The notes: generated from the letters alone by a model not told the origin. Counted from the whole stretch's first letter, positions 1-12,615 are shown. The stretch is 61,466 bases of DNA, filler included, from Sphacelaria rigidula (GCA_964200075.2; 7 parts of 7 records of this genome joined end to end with filler, not necessarily neighbours in it), one strand, 5' to 3'. Made by a program: numbers and translations.

Positions 1-362
1 CGGAGCTATCGGTGTTGATGCGTGGTGTTGGTCGCAGTGCGCTCTCGCACGCAAGATCAACACATCGCGGCCGTAATGTAATCAACGCTGTACTAAGTTC
101 AATTCACTTCGAAGAACACGTGCTCAAAACTGCAATGTAACGAAGAAAAGCATGGTATATCAACATGTACGGGCTGATATCCCATCCGAACGACGAAAGC
201 ACACTAGACCATAAACATCACGGAGTAAGAACATGCCGCGCGCCGCTCACCCCGACTAATGATACGGAGCCGGTCGTCTCTGCCCATAACTCCATCCCCA
301 CCCCCGATCAACGATCTCTTCCTCCTTCTCCTTCCGCTCCGGGCCGTCATTAGAGTGTGCTC

Positions 363-655
363 TGTCCAGAGATCGCTGCCTGCCCCGGTACTGTAGCTTG
401 TTCACAATGAATGAAGAAGAAATAATTTTTGACCGGGAAACAAAAGAGAGTGACCCTCGAGGGGATCAACAGCTCCCACCTACACTGCCGAGAATCACAC
501 ATCAAGCCAATCTCCCGCGGGCCATATAAATGTCCCGCGGAACATTCTCAGTCTTGTTCTGGATAACGTTCCTTTCTACGGAGACTTCCACAGAAACATA
601 TCTCACACTACGCCAAAGGATATCTGCGGATGCAGAATTGACCAATATACGAACA
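363..655 (-). repeat. 3' LTR of Copia element
   Basis: tgtccagagatcgc...atatacgaaca. Preceded in element sense by the purine-rich tract cgagggaggg (656-665), the PPT. Confidence 0.95.
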
Positions 656-739
656 CCCTCCCTCGGGCTTTGCTACATCAACAAATAGTTTTCTTCCATC
701 AACTATCAGAACCCTCAACAAATAGATATTGCTTCACTC

Positions 740-3700
740 AATACCCAAAAAATAATATCGGTGGTGGACGAAAGCTCCGCGAGGTAACGCTGTGATCAGA
801 ATATCAGCGTGTTGCTAGTTACCTCGTACGTGTTCCAACGTTATCCTCTTTTTGTCCACTAACTCCCTCCGAAAATGATGACGAATATCTATATGCTTGC
901 TGTTCGACGAGCTTATTGGATTTTCAGCTAAAGCAATCGCACCCTCGTTATCCTCTAACACCCTGATGGTCTTTGCTTTTCTGTCAGCTAAAAGAAATTC
1001 CACAATGCCGTCTATAAACAAAGCTTCTTTGACACCATCCCCCATAGCCACATACTCTGCTTCCGTGGTCGAAAGCGTAACGCTCTTCTGCGTCCTGGAG
1101 TACCATGCTACTGGTGATCTACCAAACAAAACTGCACCACCCGATACCGATCTCCTCGCTTCGTCATCCTTCCCGTAGTCCGCATCTACATACACTGTTG
1201 TTCCTATGTCTACACCAGGTCCTACACAATATGTCAGTCCTTGGTCCGCCGTTGAATGCAGGTACTCGAAAATCTTTTGTACTGTCTTCCAGTGGGTTTC
1301 CTTCGGGTCGTGCGAGTGTCGCGCCACAGCTCTCATTGCGTTGGAGATGTCAGGCCGGGTTTGATTGGCAATCCACATCAAACAACCCACCGTTTCGCGA
1401 AACGGCACATCCTTGACACCTTTGTCGTCATTCACGGGCCTGAGATTCATAGAAGTAGAGGCGGAAAGAGAGCTGGAGCGGAAAATATCAAAACGTTCAA
1501 GTACGCTTCTAATGTAACTTGTTGTGACAACTCGATACCCCTGTTCTCCTTGTCACGCTTGTACTCCACTCCCATGTAACATGTGATATCGCCTAGATGC
1601 TCAGTTGGCAGTGTGTCATTTAGTGCTTCCACTCCTATCTTACCCACACTACTTGTCCCTCCAAAAATGATATCATCGACATTCAAAACGACTGATCCCC
1701 CCAATTTACCATCCGCTAGCAATCGCAATATGCATGGATCGGGCAGGCACTGTTCGAAACGAGTGATGCTGCGATAGGGTCAGCACTTTCACGCCCTGAG
1801 AGTAGAATTGTTAGGAACCCTTTATCGCATTCAAAACACGACGTTCGAAATAGGTGAGAGTACGCCGGGGTTTTTCTTCCAATTTGCTAGGGATATCCCG
1901 AATGAATTTGCAAACGGGGATATCCTGACCCATATTCTTGTGTAGTTCCCAATTTTAGGAACCCCTGAATCAGGCCGGTTTTGGCCCCAAAAGTGCAGAC
2001 CCTATCGCAGCATCACTCAAACCAATTTTCACAAGTCTCGACACTAACAGTTTGTAGAATTGTCTGGCACTCTGCTTAAGTCCATAAATGGATCTATGAA
2101 GGTGGACAATTTTTCCTGACATTGATCTTCAACCTGGGGGCAGCCTCATATATATTTCATAGTCCAAATTCGACTGAATGAACGCCTGCTCGATGTCGAA
2201 ATGACTAAGATCCCATCCATACGTGTATGCCAACGCTACGAGGAGGCGAATTGTTGAAGCATTCGCAGTAGGTGAAAACACCTCCAGGAAATCAATCGCG
2301 TACCATTGACTAAAACCTTTTGCTACAAGCCTAGCCTTTGCCTTCAAGATTTCGCCGTTGACATCAGTTTTCCACTTGAAAACCCATTTAACGTTCACTA
2401 TGTTACTCCCTTCCGGAACCGACCCTACTAAGGTAAAATTCCCAGCAGCAAGCACCCCCTCGAACTCTAAATTCATAGCCCCCTCCCAAAGGTTAGCATG
2501 TGCAGAGGCGCGGGCTTCGGCAATCGTTGTGGGCTTTGGCTCTTTGGCACGTTTGGCAGGTATCTCGTTCGGCTTCTTCTTCAATGTTCTCTGCTCAGCA
2601 ATCAGCGCACGCAAGGTTTGGCCCCCGTTAGCAAATCGATCGCTTGTTGCTGGTTCAGCGCCCGAGTTTGTGCTCGCGTCCTGCCCTCCCTGCATTCTTC
2701 ATCGTCATGTGGACCCACGTTGTACGCCTCGAGCTGTCTCAGCGCGTTGCGTGTTTGCGTTGGCACATCATCTCGATCAGGCATGGTGTCGCTGCTGTTG
2801 CTGGAGGACGTTGCAGGTGCAGATGATGTGCTGCTGCGAGATGATGGTGACGCAGATGCTGATCGGTCGTCGAGCGATGGCGAGGGTGATGTTGATGACG
2901 ACTCGCCGCTGGATGGTGATGGTGATGGTGATGGAGCGTCCAGCGGTAGTGGATATTCCGCCGCCTCTGCTGGTTGTTGACTGTTCTCCGGGCCGGTAGC
3001 CGCACGTAGGGAATTCCTCTTCCTGTCAGCGGCCACACTTCTGCCAACTCATCGTCGCAGGGTTCATCCCCCCCTCCCGATTCCGTCTCGAAAGGGATGC
3101 GTGGTCAATGGTCAAACGACTAAGGCAAGCAACAAATGAGCACGCCCCCCCCCCCCTCCCGATTCCGCTGTCGTCAGTGCTTGCGGGGGCGGGAGAGACT
3201 GCGGCGATGCTTCCCACGTGATGTCTCGGGTCTCGACAACTTGCCCTCCCCGCGTTGGCACACGGTACGAGTCGCGCGGATGCTCACGCGAAGGCCCGAG
3301 ATAGAAGCAACTATCCCCCTTAGGCAGCAGCCTGGATGGCCGCTTCCATCGGCAGTAGGCTGGCTTGAGAAAGAGATGTGGACTGGCCGACATAGTCGTC
3401 CCGAACCACATTTCGTTAGGTGATTTGTCCGGGTTGGAGGTCGAAGCAGTGTAGTTGAGCTGTTCACACGCCCAATGCATTGCCTCGGCCCACAGCTTTT
3501 CGATCTTCGGCAGCTGAAGATGACCGAACGATATCTTCGCCTGAATCTATGCCGCCATTGCCGTCGCTTCAATGATTCCTCAAGCGCGCTCTGCAACGCC
3601 GTTGAACTGGGGACTATTGGCGGGGGTAAATTCCTGCTTAATCAACAGATTATCACATACTGTTCTGAAATTATCCCGGGAAACTCTCCTCCGTTGTCAG

Positions 3701-5919
3701 ATCTTATATCTGTACTATTGAAGGAAACCCATCCACTCGCACATCTGCAGATAAACGGTTGAAAGCCTGATCAGAATCAGCCTTACGTTTCAAGAAATAC
3801 AGCCTGGATTTTCTGATGTAATCGTCCTTGATGATCATTGGGTAGTGTTTCCCCCCTACAGATGCAATTTCTTTTCTGCCTCCTAGGTCTACGAAAACTC
3901 TACCGAGCTTGGTTTGAGCTCTATATTTAGCCTGATGAGGTATACCTTTTCTGTATCCCTTTGCCATCGAGCACCCAGTACATGCATGAATTTCCCCTTC
4001 AAGTGCAGTATCCAAATGTCTAGCAGTATGCCTCAGCAGCTGCTCATGGGCATGACCAGAGATACAGTGAAACAGGTTAATATCCATCCTTTTTACAGGG
4101 CGAGGGTTCGAGGGCATAATTGCTGGTAATGCGGGAGCATCAGATTGCTCCCTACTCGATATATATACTGTGGCCACCAACATGCCGTCCTGGTTCGCAA
4201 ACGTTACACGTCCGTTGAATGCAGTCATTATACCATCTGGACCTCCCAACCGGTCCCAACTTTCCCCATCAAATTCCGCACAAGGCGAAAACAGGTTGTA
4301 TCCTAGATCAGGAGCATACAGTACGTCTTTCAACTCTGCTACATACTCGTTCTCCTCTGTCATAAACACTACTGTCAGATTACCCTTCAGCGAAACGTCA
4401 CACGTCACGCCGCCTATGTCACCAACACTAGAAGATACTTGTGTAAGATCTCTCATGCATCGCAATGAATCTGTCAGATGATAGGGAGCACCAGTATCAC
4501 CGTACCACTCTTCACAGAAAGGCCTAGAAACAGCAGCAGCCAACGACTTCAAGCGTGAAAGCTCACCACTGTCTTTCTTCGACTCTGCTTCGCCTTCCTG
4601 ATCCGGAGCCCCAATTATGCGAGCTTTGCAGTCCCGTATCCGGTGTGGAAGACCACACCGAAAGCACTCCAGTGGCTTCCTACCTAAGTTTTCAGCTTTC
4701 GCGGAATTACTCGCATCAGTATAAGGTTTTGGCTTCGTAGCTTTACTCTTATTTCTACCCCCCCTGGCTTTCGCAACTAGAGCTTGCCTGGTCGATGTGG
4801 CGATTTTGCCCTGTACAGAGAAACTTAGGTAGGCATTTCGCACGTGGCTTTCTACCGCTTCTCGATCACGCGGAAAATGAATGCTCATAGCAGTTCTGAC
4901 CATTTCGTATTCACTCGTGAGTCCACGCAACATGAGGGAACAAACAGTTCTCTCGTCCTTCTCTACTCCTAGCATAAGTAGAACGCTCAAAACTTCCCTG
5001 AGCTTTGAAAAAATACGTGCGGATCTTCCCCTTGTTTCATCTTCAACCCGTTGAGCTTGTGCTCATAGAGGTTGATATTTGCGTCGGTGAGGGGCAAAAA
5101 GTGATTATTCACTACACGCCACACTTTACTGGGGGATTCCGCGTTGCTGATCATTGCTTTTACACTTTTGCATGTTATACAATCGTCCAGATGCCCCCAA
5201 GCAGCCTGTGCTTGCTTGATTTGGCTTACCGTCAAGCCTTGCTCAACCAAGGGTGCTAAATCTATTCCAATATCAGTAACTGGAGTATCATCGGTAGTGG
5301 TGTACGCTTCATGCAATCCACACTGCCTGGCATGTATAGAAAAACGCTTTTTCCATGATGGGAATTCAGTCGCAGTCCCATCGAATTTCAAACCAGCAGG
5401 TAATCGAATACCTCTAATCCCGAAAGACGACACGCTACCTGTGCTTGCATTATTACCACCACCGAAACCCGATCCAAACACCTCTACCTTTTCCCACCAT
5501 TCGGTAGTACCTACCACTGGCGTGCGTGAAAAGCCCAGGCCTGGAATACCTGCTGATCTCCCCGGAAGATCCAGGCCTTGAATACCTGCTGATCTCCCTT
5601 GAAGTGCTGGGGCTGCGGTTTGCAACGCCGCTGCTGCTCTTCTGTCGGTGACACCTTCATGTCGTCCGACGTACTCCGTAATGGACGCTCCCGGCGCGCC
5701 ATCCCCAACAGAGGACTCCCCGCGGCCTGCATCCAGGCCGCTGTTCCCCCCTGGACCCACCAGGCTCCGTTCAAGAAGGCTCCGCAGCTCTTGTATCTCC
5801 GTCTTCAGGTCTTGGTGCTGACGGAGAATTTCTTCGTTCTCTCTGCGAACGTGGGCCAGGCCTTCTTCTTGTGTAGCGGGAGAGCTACTCCCATCTGCTT
5901 TGCTCCCGGGTGGAGACAT
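740..5919 (-). pseudogene. Copia gag-pol polyprotein, frameshifted and interrupted
   Basis: ORF 4987-5919 gag (KFDG..FPSWK, LKMKQGED). ORF 3704-4990: zinc knuckle CFRCGLPHRIRDC, protease WYGDTGA, HHCC (H..GH...CTGC), integrase VFVDL. ORF 2129-2695 RT (KWVFKWK, KARLVAKGFSQ). ORF 1447-1728 NVDDI. ORF 815-1450 RNase H (YVDADY, STTEAEY, SKHIDIRHHF). 3' end approximate. Confidence 0.95.
1761..2018 (+). mobile_element. MITE, GAG...CTC termini, 4-bp TSD (Sola2-like), copy 1, inside Copia RT
   Basis: 29-bp TIR GAGTGATGCTGCGATAGGGTC(A/T)GCACTTT. TSD aaac/aaac. Removing it restores the RT frame KIGFEQCLPDPC. Confidence 0.93.
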
Positions 5920-5966
5920 CTTTTCTACAGTCGATCAATCTGTAGCATCAGCTGGTAGCGTTAGCG

Positions 5967-6253
5967 TGTCCAGAGATCGCTGCCTGTCCCGGCAGCTTGC
6001 TCACAATGAATGAAGAAAAACTAAATTTTGACCGGGAAACAAAAAAAGTGACCCTCGAGGGGATCAACAACTTCCACCTACAATGCCGAGAATCACACAT
6101 TAAGCCAATCTCCCGCGGGTCATAAAAATGTCCCGCGGAACATTCTCAGTCTTGTTCTAGATAACGTTCCTTTCTACGGAGACTTCCAAAGAAACAGATC
6201 TTACACTACGCCGAAGGATATCTGCGGATGCGGAATTGACCAATATACGAACA
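5967..6253 (-). repeat. 5' LTR of Copia element
   Basis: Co-linear with 363-655, with scattered substitutions and small indels. The gag ATG (5919) lies ~47 nt inside. Confidence 0.95.
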
Positions 6254-6448
6254 CGCTCCGTTTCCGGTACTCGTCAGTCATCTCCACTTTGGGCTGCTGC
6301 TGTTGCGGGCATCCGCCTCTTTCCTTTGTTCTTGGGTTTGATGGTGGTATCCTCGCCTAGAAGCTTCCGCTGCAATAGAGCAACACCCCCCCCACATCGG
6401 CAGACTACAAGTTTTCTGCTGTCTGCTGTGCGGCATTTGTATGTACAC

Positions 6449-6533
6449 TGTGCGTGTGTGTGTTGTCGTCCCATCTATTCTGGACGCCGGTCTAGACCTT
6501 TTGGTATATGTGGGCGCACCAGCCGGGGTCACA
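6449..6533 (-). mobile_element. 3' end fragment of the tRNA-derived SINE family
   Basis: gtcgtcccatctattctggacgccggtct...ggggtcacaca is nearly identical to 36980-37050, with a (CA)n-like tail. Confidence 0.8.
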
Positions 6534-6708
6534 CAACACACAAAAGGTCCGTGTTCAGGTTCTTAAACCAAAAAACACTGCGAAACTGCCGTGTTGTCTG
6601 GTGTTGAGTGTAGTACTGCGCATATCATGTACCACTGCAGAGTTCTCTTGTGCTGAGTGCACCACCCTGTACTCCAGATAACGGGAGTATCTTTTGAGCG
6701 GTTTGTCG

Positions 6709-6815
6709 AAAGTTCTGCTCGTTTTTTGAGAAGTTCTGCTTGTTTTAAAATAAGTTCTGCTCGTTTTTTGAAACATTCTCCTCGTGTGCTGAAAAGTTCT
6801 CCTCGTTGTTTGAAA
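6709..6815. repeat. ~21-bp minisatellite, about 5 degenerate copies
   Basis: Unit approximately aagttctgctcgttttttgag. Confidence 0.8.
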
Positions 6816-6876
6816 AATATTCCGATAAAACGAGAGTGTTTTCTGTCACAGAAATCTAACGCCGAATCTGGAATAA

Positions 6877-7323
6877 ACACGGGATCTTACAAATTAGGGA
6901 TGGATCATTTATTGGGGATGAGAAACCCGGAAAATCAAAATCTTCGTATCCGCACCAAATGTCCGAAATATGGTTCCATTTCTTCACGTACTGATAGCTA
7001 TTGACAACTGCCACACGCCATAGAAATTTGGATTTCGATCACCGAGATGTTGGGGTCCTATTTTAGGTGAAAAACCAATTTTTGGGAATTCCGGGTGTCC
7101 GAACGGACGCCAGAATGGTTCTGTTTTTTTTTTTCCACCTAGGACCCCAACATCTCGGTAATCGAAATCCAAATTCCTACGGCGTGTAGCAGTTTTCAAT
7201 AGCTATCAGTAGGTGCAGAAATGGAACCATATTTCGAAGATTTGGCGTGGATGCGAAGATTTTAATTCTCCGGGTTTCTCATCCCCAATAAACGATCCAT
7301 CCCCAATTTGTAAGATCCCGTGT
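6877..7323. mobile_element. Foldback MITE with ~190-bp inverted arms and TAA TSD (PIF/Harbinger-like)
   Basis: ACACGGGATCTTACAAATT...AATTTGTAAGATCCCGTGT, flanked by taa/taa. Second copy at 55503-55933. Confidence 0.9.
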
Positions 7324-7421
7324 TAATAGCCTAAGACAACAACCAATTTGAAAATTGGAATCAGGATAACAACACGCAAACAGATCATAATCGATTTCAA
7401 GCGGGGAGGAGGAAATAACGC

Positions 7422-7637
7422 GCTAGGTGCATGGGTATTGTCGCACGTCGAAACGCGGACCGCCTCCCGCACGAGAAGAAGCAGCAGCAGCAGCAGCTTT
7501 TTTGCCAGTAAATGTCCATGGTTGGGGATGGGTCTGAATAAGCCGCTCCCGATTCTACTGCTGCTGCTGCTGCTGCTGCTGCTTTTCATCGTAGACGGTC
7601 CGCGCTTCAACCGTTCGAGAACACCCTCGCACCTTGC
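7422..7637. repeat. Imperfect inverted repeat with inward (CAG)n/(CTG)n tracts
   Basis: Left arm gctaggtgcatgggtattgtcgcacgtcgaaacgcggaccg...(cag)n matches the reverse complement of (ctg)n...cggtccgcgcttcaaccgttcgagaacaccctcgcaccttgc. Confidence 0.75.
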
Positions 7638-8114
7638 AAGTGATGGCCACTGTGCTGGACAGCGCTGGTACGTACTACCCGCCGATGGGTCCATGCTCGC
7701 TCACTCGGCGAGGTTCTGGGAGATAAAGCTGTGCGCATCTCTCTGTGGGAGCTGTGCACGTGAAGTGTGTCTCCCACACGTGGCTTCTGCTGGTGATGGC
7801 GTTGAACCCAGCGTGGCTAATGCTAATGACGGGATCCCAACTATTGTCTGTCCCATGAAGAGCCCAACAGCCCACGCCTTGCAACCATGTGACGTTGCTC
7901 GTCGCATTCTCACGCGAATGTCCCTCCGCTCTCACGAAAATTAATTCCCAAAAGTTAATTTTCGTGAAAGTGATTTTGGGGGAGGTTAAAATGTGGCATC
8001 AACTCACAACCAACCTGAATCATGAAAAAAACAAAAACAAATCCTAATCCCCATAATCGCTATCACTATCACATCGCGTTCTCATATTTTCAGACTCGAT
8101 AACAGGGGCCCTCA

Positions 8115-8670
8115 GGCTACTTCTTATTTATCGAAAAAGCTCTATCAGAAAACGCTTTTTCTGATAAATGACCAACAACCCACTTATTATGTGATCAGAA
8201 AACGCGTTTTCTGATAGAAACTTCTCTGATAATATTTTCCGATAGCCCAAAGTTATCAGAAAATCACGATTTTCTGATAACCTTCGGCTATCGAAAATTG
8301 TTATTGAAAAAGCGTTTGAACCTCGTTTTAACACGTTTGAACACACCTTACAGTCCGCTACAGCACCTGTGATGGCTCGGCTACCATCAATACTAATGCT
8401 GTCGCCGGTGCTCGCGGGCATTCGGCGTGTTGCAGTATTGTCCTTCGCTCGCCAGTAGCATGATGGCACTTTACTTCATGAGAACAGCAGAGGGCAGGGT
8501 TGATGACGACTGCTGTACAGACAGGATAGTGTGTGCTGTATGTCGTCCGTACAATATTGTACCTCAGTTCGTGTCTGTGCATGCAGCGTGTTGCGAACAG
8601 CCGTCGCAATGCTTTACAGACTGCCCACGCACCCAAGTCTTGTAGAGACAGGACCGGACTGACAGTACAC
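8115..8670 (+). mobile_element. Left part of GGCTACTTC-terminus non-autonomous DNA element, cut by contig end
   Basis: Starts ggctacttc and is co-linear with 38582-39095. Confidence 0.75.
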
Positions 8671-8696
8671 ACAAGACTACGAGATAGTTTGTTTTT

Positions 8697-8796
8697 NNNN
8701 NNNNNNNNNNNNNNNNNNNNNNNNNNNNNNNNNNNNNNNNTTAATTAATTAANNNNNNNNNNNNNNNNNNNNNNNNNNNNNNNNNNNNNNNNNNNN
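8697..8796. other. Artificial contig spacer
   Basis: 44 N + TTAATTAATTAA (stops in all six frames) + 44 N. Confidence 0.99.
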
Positions 8797-10332
8797 CACC
8801 CACCACCGGCACCGTTGCGGGCGGCGTCGGAGGGGGCACGTCCAAACACCGCACGTTAGAATACTGTAGAAAATAAACCGACGAAATTACGGATCAGCAG
8901 TTTGCGAGCGAAGGCAAAGATGTGAACATAACCAAATAAGAGATTGGGGAAGAACAAACCCAAGAGTGGGCAAAGTACTAGTTGGATCTCATAACACAAA
9001 CAAACGGATAGCTGCACAGACACCCAAAATGAAGAAGCACTAACAAAATAAATGCCAGTAATGTGGTCTGTTTGTTGCTGAGGTGGCGGGCGCCGGCTTG
9101 CTTCGTCACGCTGCTGCTAGGCTCCCACTCCAAGCTAAGCGCGGGTTAGGTCTATCTCTACATAGCAACATCTTGTCTGCCTTACAACGCAAAACTGTAG
9201 CGTAACGCTCTGCTCGAGATGTCGACTTGAATCTTGACGGAGATCGTGTGTCTAACCAAAGCCAGTAGAACTCCCGTTGCTGGTAGCCCCTCTTCGTCTT
9301 CGTCTTCGTCTCCACGATACCGGTAGCCACCTGGTCGCTCGGCTCTTCTCCGCGTTTGCTGAAGTGCCCGAAGTTTCGGCCGCTAGAATGACGACTTCGA
9401 AACAAAGCTGGTCAAAGCATACGTATTCTCGGTGACCGCGGTGTGTGGTTATGCACGCCTCAGATGTTGCGGCTGCAGAGCCGTCGACGGTAGCGCTTCC
9501 GTCCCGCCGACTGAAAGAGTCGACTAGTGTGACGTCAATTAGGGAGCTCTTCTCCCGATTGTGGCTGCTGGAGGCACCGCCAGGTTCTCCGAGTGAGACG
9601 ACGATATCCATCCTGGAGTCTGCATCAGCAGTAGTAGGAGCACCGCCATCCACCGTCGTCTTCACTCACAGTCGCTTGAAGAGTGTCGCATCGCGTGGAC
9701 CAGCGGTTGGTGTCGATCCACCTGGGCCCCTTCCCGGTGACAGATGCACGCGTGGCGGATGGGGATGTCCACTGCGCCGCATGTCGGACATCGTGTGGCC
9801 ACGTAGGGCCCGATGCTAGAAACTTGCTCTTTGTCACCACGTACTCCTGCGGCGGGATAGTCTCGGCGGTATCATGGGGCCGGGCTCTCTGGGCAGCCAC
9901 GCCCCGTTTCCAACCATTCTGTGATACCTGGCATTTGCCTGAGGAGGGGATTTACCATCGACAAACGTGTCATCCGGGCTCGGTGACCGACCAGCCGGAG
10001 GTAGATCGGCTGGCTGCAGTGCTAATGCCGGGATATTGGCTTTGTGCACGAGGTGGCACACCTTGCGTTCTAAACGGGGGGAGCTAGCACCTGGCGCCGC
10101 GCCATGTCCAGCGAGGAGGTCGGCGCTCGGAGTTGGCAGCCATTCGTCCTCGTGCCGTTCCCCGTGAGCCCACGCGACTATCCCTGGCGGTAGCACCGCC
10201 GCCCATTGGTCAGCGCTGACCCGCCATGTTCGGCCAAAGCCAGGAGGGTCTACCGCAACGAATTCATCATTGAGGTATGAGAAATGTTGGGCCTCATCTG
10301 CCCCCCGAGGAGCCCCGACGAGCCACCTCTTA

Positions 10333-10471
10333 CGGCCGTTATTATTAACGGGTTATATTTTTCATTATTTTCATCAGTTTTTCTATCCGTTTTCATCCAT
10401 ACATGGATGAAAATGAAATGGATGGAAATGAATGAAGACAAATGAAAAATAGCGCCCGATAACAACGACCC
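10333..10471. mobile_element. Small Tourist-like MITE, TTA TSD
   Basis: tta|cggccgttattattaacgggttatatttttcatt...aatgaaaaatagcgcccgataacaacgaccc|tta. AT-rich palindrome within GC-rich sequence. Confidence 0.75.
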
Positions 10472-10886
10472 TTATCAATGGCAATGTGCGACGAAGACTC
10501 CCCATCGTCTCGGAGCTACTGCGTCTGTGGACTGCTGAGGTTACGTCTAGTCCCTCGGAAACCAGTCCGCATGGCGGTCTGGGGTTGTTGGTCGGGGACC
10601 AGTTGCATTTGTTGCGAGAGGCCGTCGGCGTCGAAGAAGGCTAGTCCGTTCGCGGTCTGCGGTAGTTCCACTACATACTCCAGCGAGCTTGTCGTACCCG
10701 CCCCCGATGTACGGATACCAACCGACACAAAATAATATTGAGAGAGATTGGAACATACCCCACACTTTCAACCCTTTTTTTTCCTCGGAACGAGTCCGTG
10801 TAGTCTCCCAGCATACATACGTCTTTATCACTCTCCTTCCTCCACTAGGCCTCACCAGTTGGTCGTCGCACACAATGGATGGCACT

Positions 10887-11140
10887 TGTAGCCAAATGAT
10901 GCCAAGCCGTGAGGTTTCAGTATAATCGCATGCATGATTGGAGCAGTGGCAGGGGACAGGGGATCCTGGATTGATGACCCTATTCTGCGTGGCCCCTTGC
11001 TGTCTGGCCCGTGATCTGTTGAGGATCACTCCGTGATAATGACACGCTAGAAGAAAGGACTCGTCGAGCACGAGGCTAGTGATACTGGAGGAGTCCCTCG
11101 CTGAAAGTCATCTTGCTCAGATCGTCTGGCAGAGGCTATA
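10887..11140 (+). repeat. 5' LTR of Gypsy element
   Basis: tgtagcc...ggctata. Co-linear with 16632-16651 plus 16915-17148. Confidence 0.92.
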
Positions 11141-11398
11141 ATATCTAAATATCATTCTCGGCACTTTTTTGGAGGAGTTTGGCTGAGGAAAAGGGGCCGC
11201 AGCTGGAAGCAGTTTGGCCCGCAGGCGGAAGGAGACCAACTTGAAGCGCACAGCGGTGGAGAACGCTCCGTGGGCTGGGGGATGCACAAGTCAGGCAAGA
11301 ATCTCTCCGTGAGGTGTTTGAGTCCTAGAAGACATGGCTCAAGCGGCGGCAGCGCCGCTGGTTTTGGGTGAGCGACTAGACGCGCCAAAGTTGGTGAG

Positions 11399-12440
11399 GT
11401 GTGGACCGAGGAAGCATCACGCGTTTTTTACGCCGCTTATCTCGATGACGAAGAGCGTTTGTACCTTGCACATGCACAAGGAGTTGTAAGGTATGCAAGG
11501 GTGAGCATTGGACAACTCATCCCTACATACATTCATCGGTGCTTTGAAGGCATGTACAAAGGCCGTCGTGCTATGACCCCCGAGGAATTGCTGGATGCTG
11601 TGAAGCAGCATGCCGGGTACACTTCATCTGGCGGCAAGCATGATACTGCGCGGGCTGCAGCAGACCTGCGTAGAGTGCTTACAATGCGGCAAAGCGGTGG
11701 AACATCCGTCAAGGATAGAGCGATGATGGTTAACTCATCGATGGATTTTTTTGTTCGCTGAAAATCTCGCGGTGCAAGCCATGTACCGTGCGGAGGACAG
11801 GAGCTGGTTGCCAGGCCCGGCCGAGCCGGTTTCCACAGCTTTAGTGGACGGGATTTTGCCTCCGAAATTCAAGGCGTAAGTCAGGAGCGTACTCACGTAT
11901 CTAGCCGGCTGGGAAAACAATCCGGCCGTGGTGTTGAAGTAGACATTCGATGCCGCTGACGACTGGAAGTTCATTGAGGCGCATGGCTGGCGCGACTCGC
12001 AAGCAACAACAGCGACAGAAACAGCAGCCGTCTTCGCGAGCGTCATCCACTCGTGCATGATACAACTGCGGCGACACCGGACATCTGGTTGAGGACTGCC
12101 CCAAGCCTCGCGCTCAAGGCGCTGCTCAAGAAAATGCGCGAGATTCATCAGGATCTCGCGGCGGTCGTCACGGTGGACCCGGGCCGTGCCAACCATGGAC
12201 GCGGGCGCGGCGGCCGCGGTAGCAAGCAATCGGCGCGGAATAGTGGTTCCTCCGCTGCTATTTCTTCGACCACGTCATCAGGTGGTGACTCTGGATCTTA
12301 TGGTTCGTCCGTGTCGGGGCGGGCAGTGTGCGTGGGGGTGCAAATACTTCGGTGGGGAGTGCTGGAGCGAATAAGTCGCAACCCCTCGGCCAGGCAGGAT
12401 CCGTGCCTGGTGCATCTCCTACTGCTGCCACGGCTGTAAC
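11399..12440 (+). pseudogene. Gypsy gag remnant
   Basis: Broken ORFs. Zinc knuckle (C>*)YNCGDTGHLVEDCP at ~12058-12102. Boundaries approximate. Confidence 0.75.
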
Positions 12441-12615
12441 AGCGCCGTCTGCATATTCGGCGACGTGGTCTAGGTGGACCGCCGATTCTCATTTATCGAT
12501 GCCAAGTACTGGAGCGCAGCCCTGGCGTCAGGTAACTCTTGGTACCGACCAGGGTTCTTCGGCAGGTGTTGTGCCCGTCGATCGCAACGCAGAGTGATTA
12601 CGCGCAGATATTTCC

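Larger units (their letters stand above)
363..6253 (-). mobile_element. Full-length Ty1/Copia LTR retrotransposon, decayed
   Basis: Two ~290-bp direct repeats (363-655, 5967-6253), both TG...CA. 5-bp TSD tgctc (358-362) / cgctc (6254-6258), one mismatch. Internal order gag-PR-INT-RT-RNaseH on the minus strand. Confidence 0.97.

Noticed and set aside
2358-2999. Overlapping plus-strand ORFs (213 and 160 aa)
   Set aside because: Antisense to the Ser/Pro-rich Copia INT-RT linker.
670-5947. 5'-3' cyclisation pairing in Copia RNA (TGCTACA/TGTAGCA near PBS and PPT)
   Set aside because: Only 7 bp and not extendable, so compatible with chance.
7323-7944. ORFs with poly-Leu and poly-Ser tracts (198 and 123 aa)
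   Set aside because: Produced by the CAG/CTG tracts of the inverted repeat, with no domain evidence.
8741-8752. Periodic TTAATTAATTAA motif as a biological site
   Set aside because: Always centred in N runs; a synthetic six-frame stop linker.
9100-10730. GC-rich minus-strand ORF fragments
   Set aside because: Possibly decayed coding sequence, but with no recognisable motif or consistent frame.
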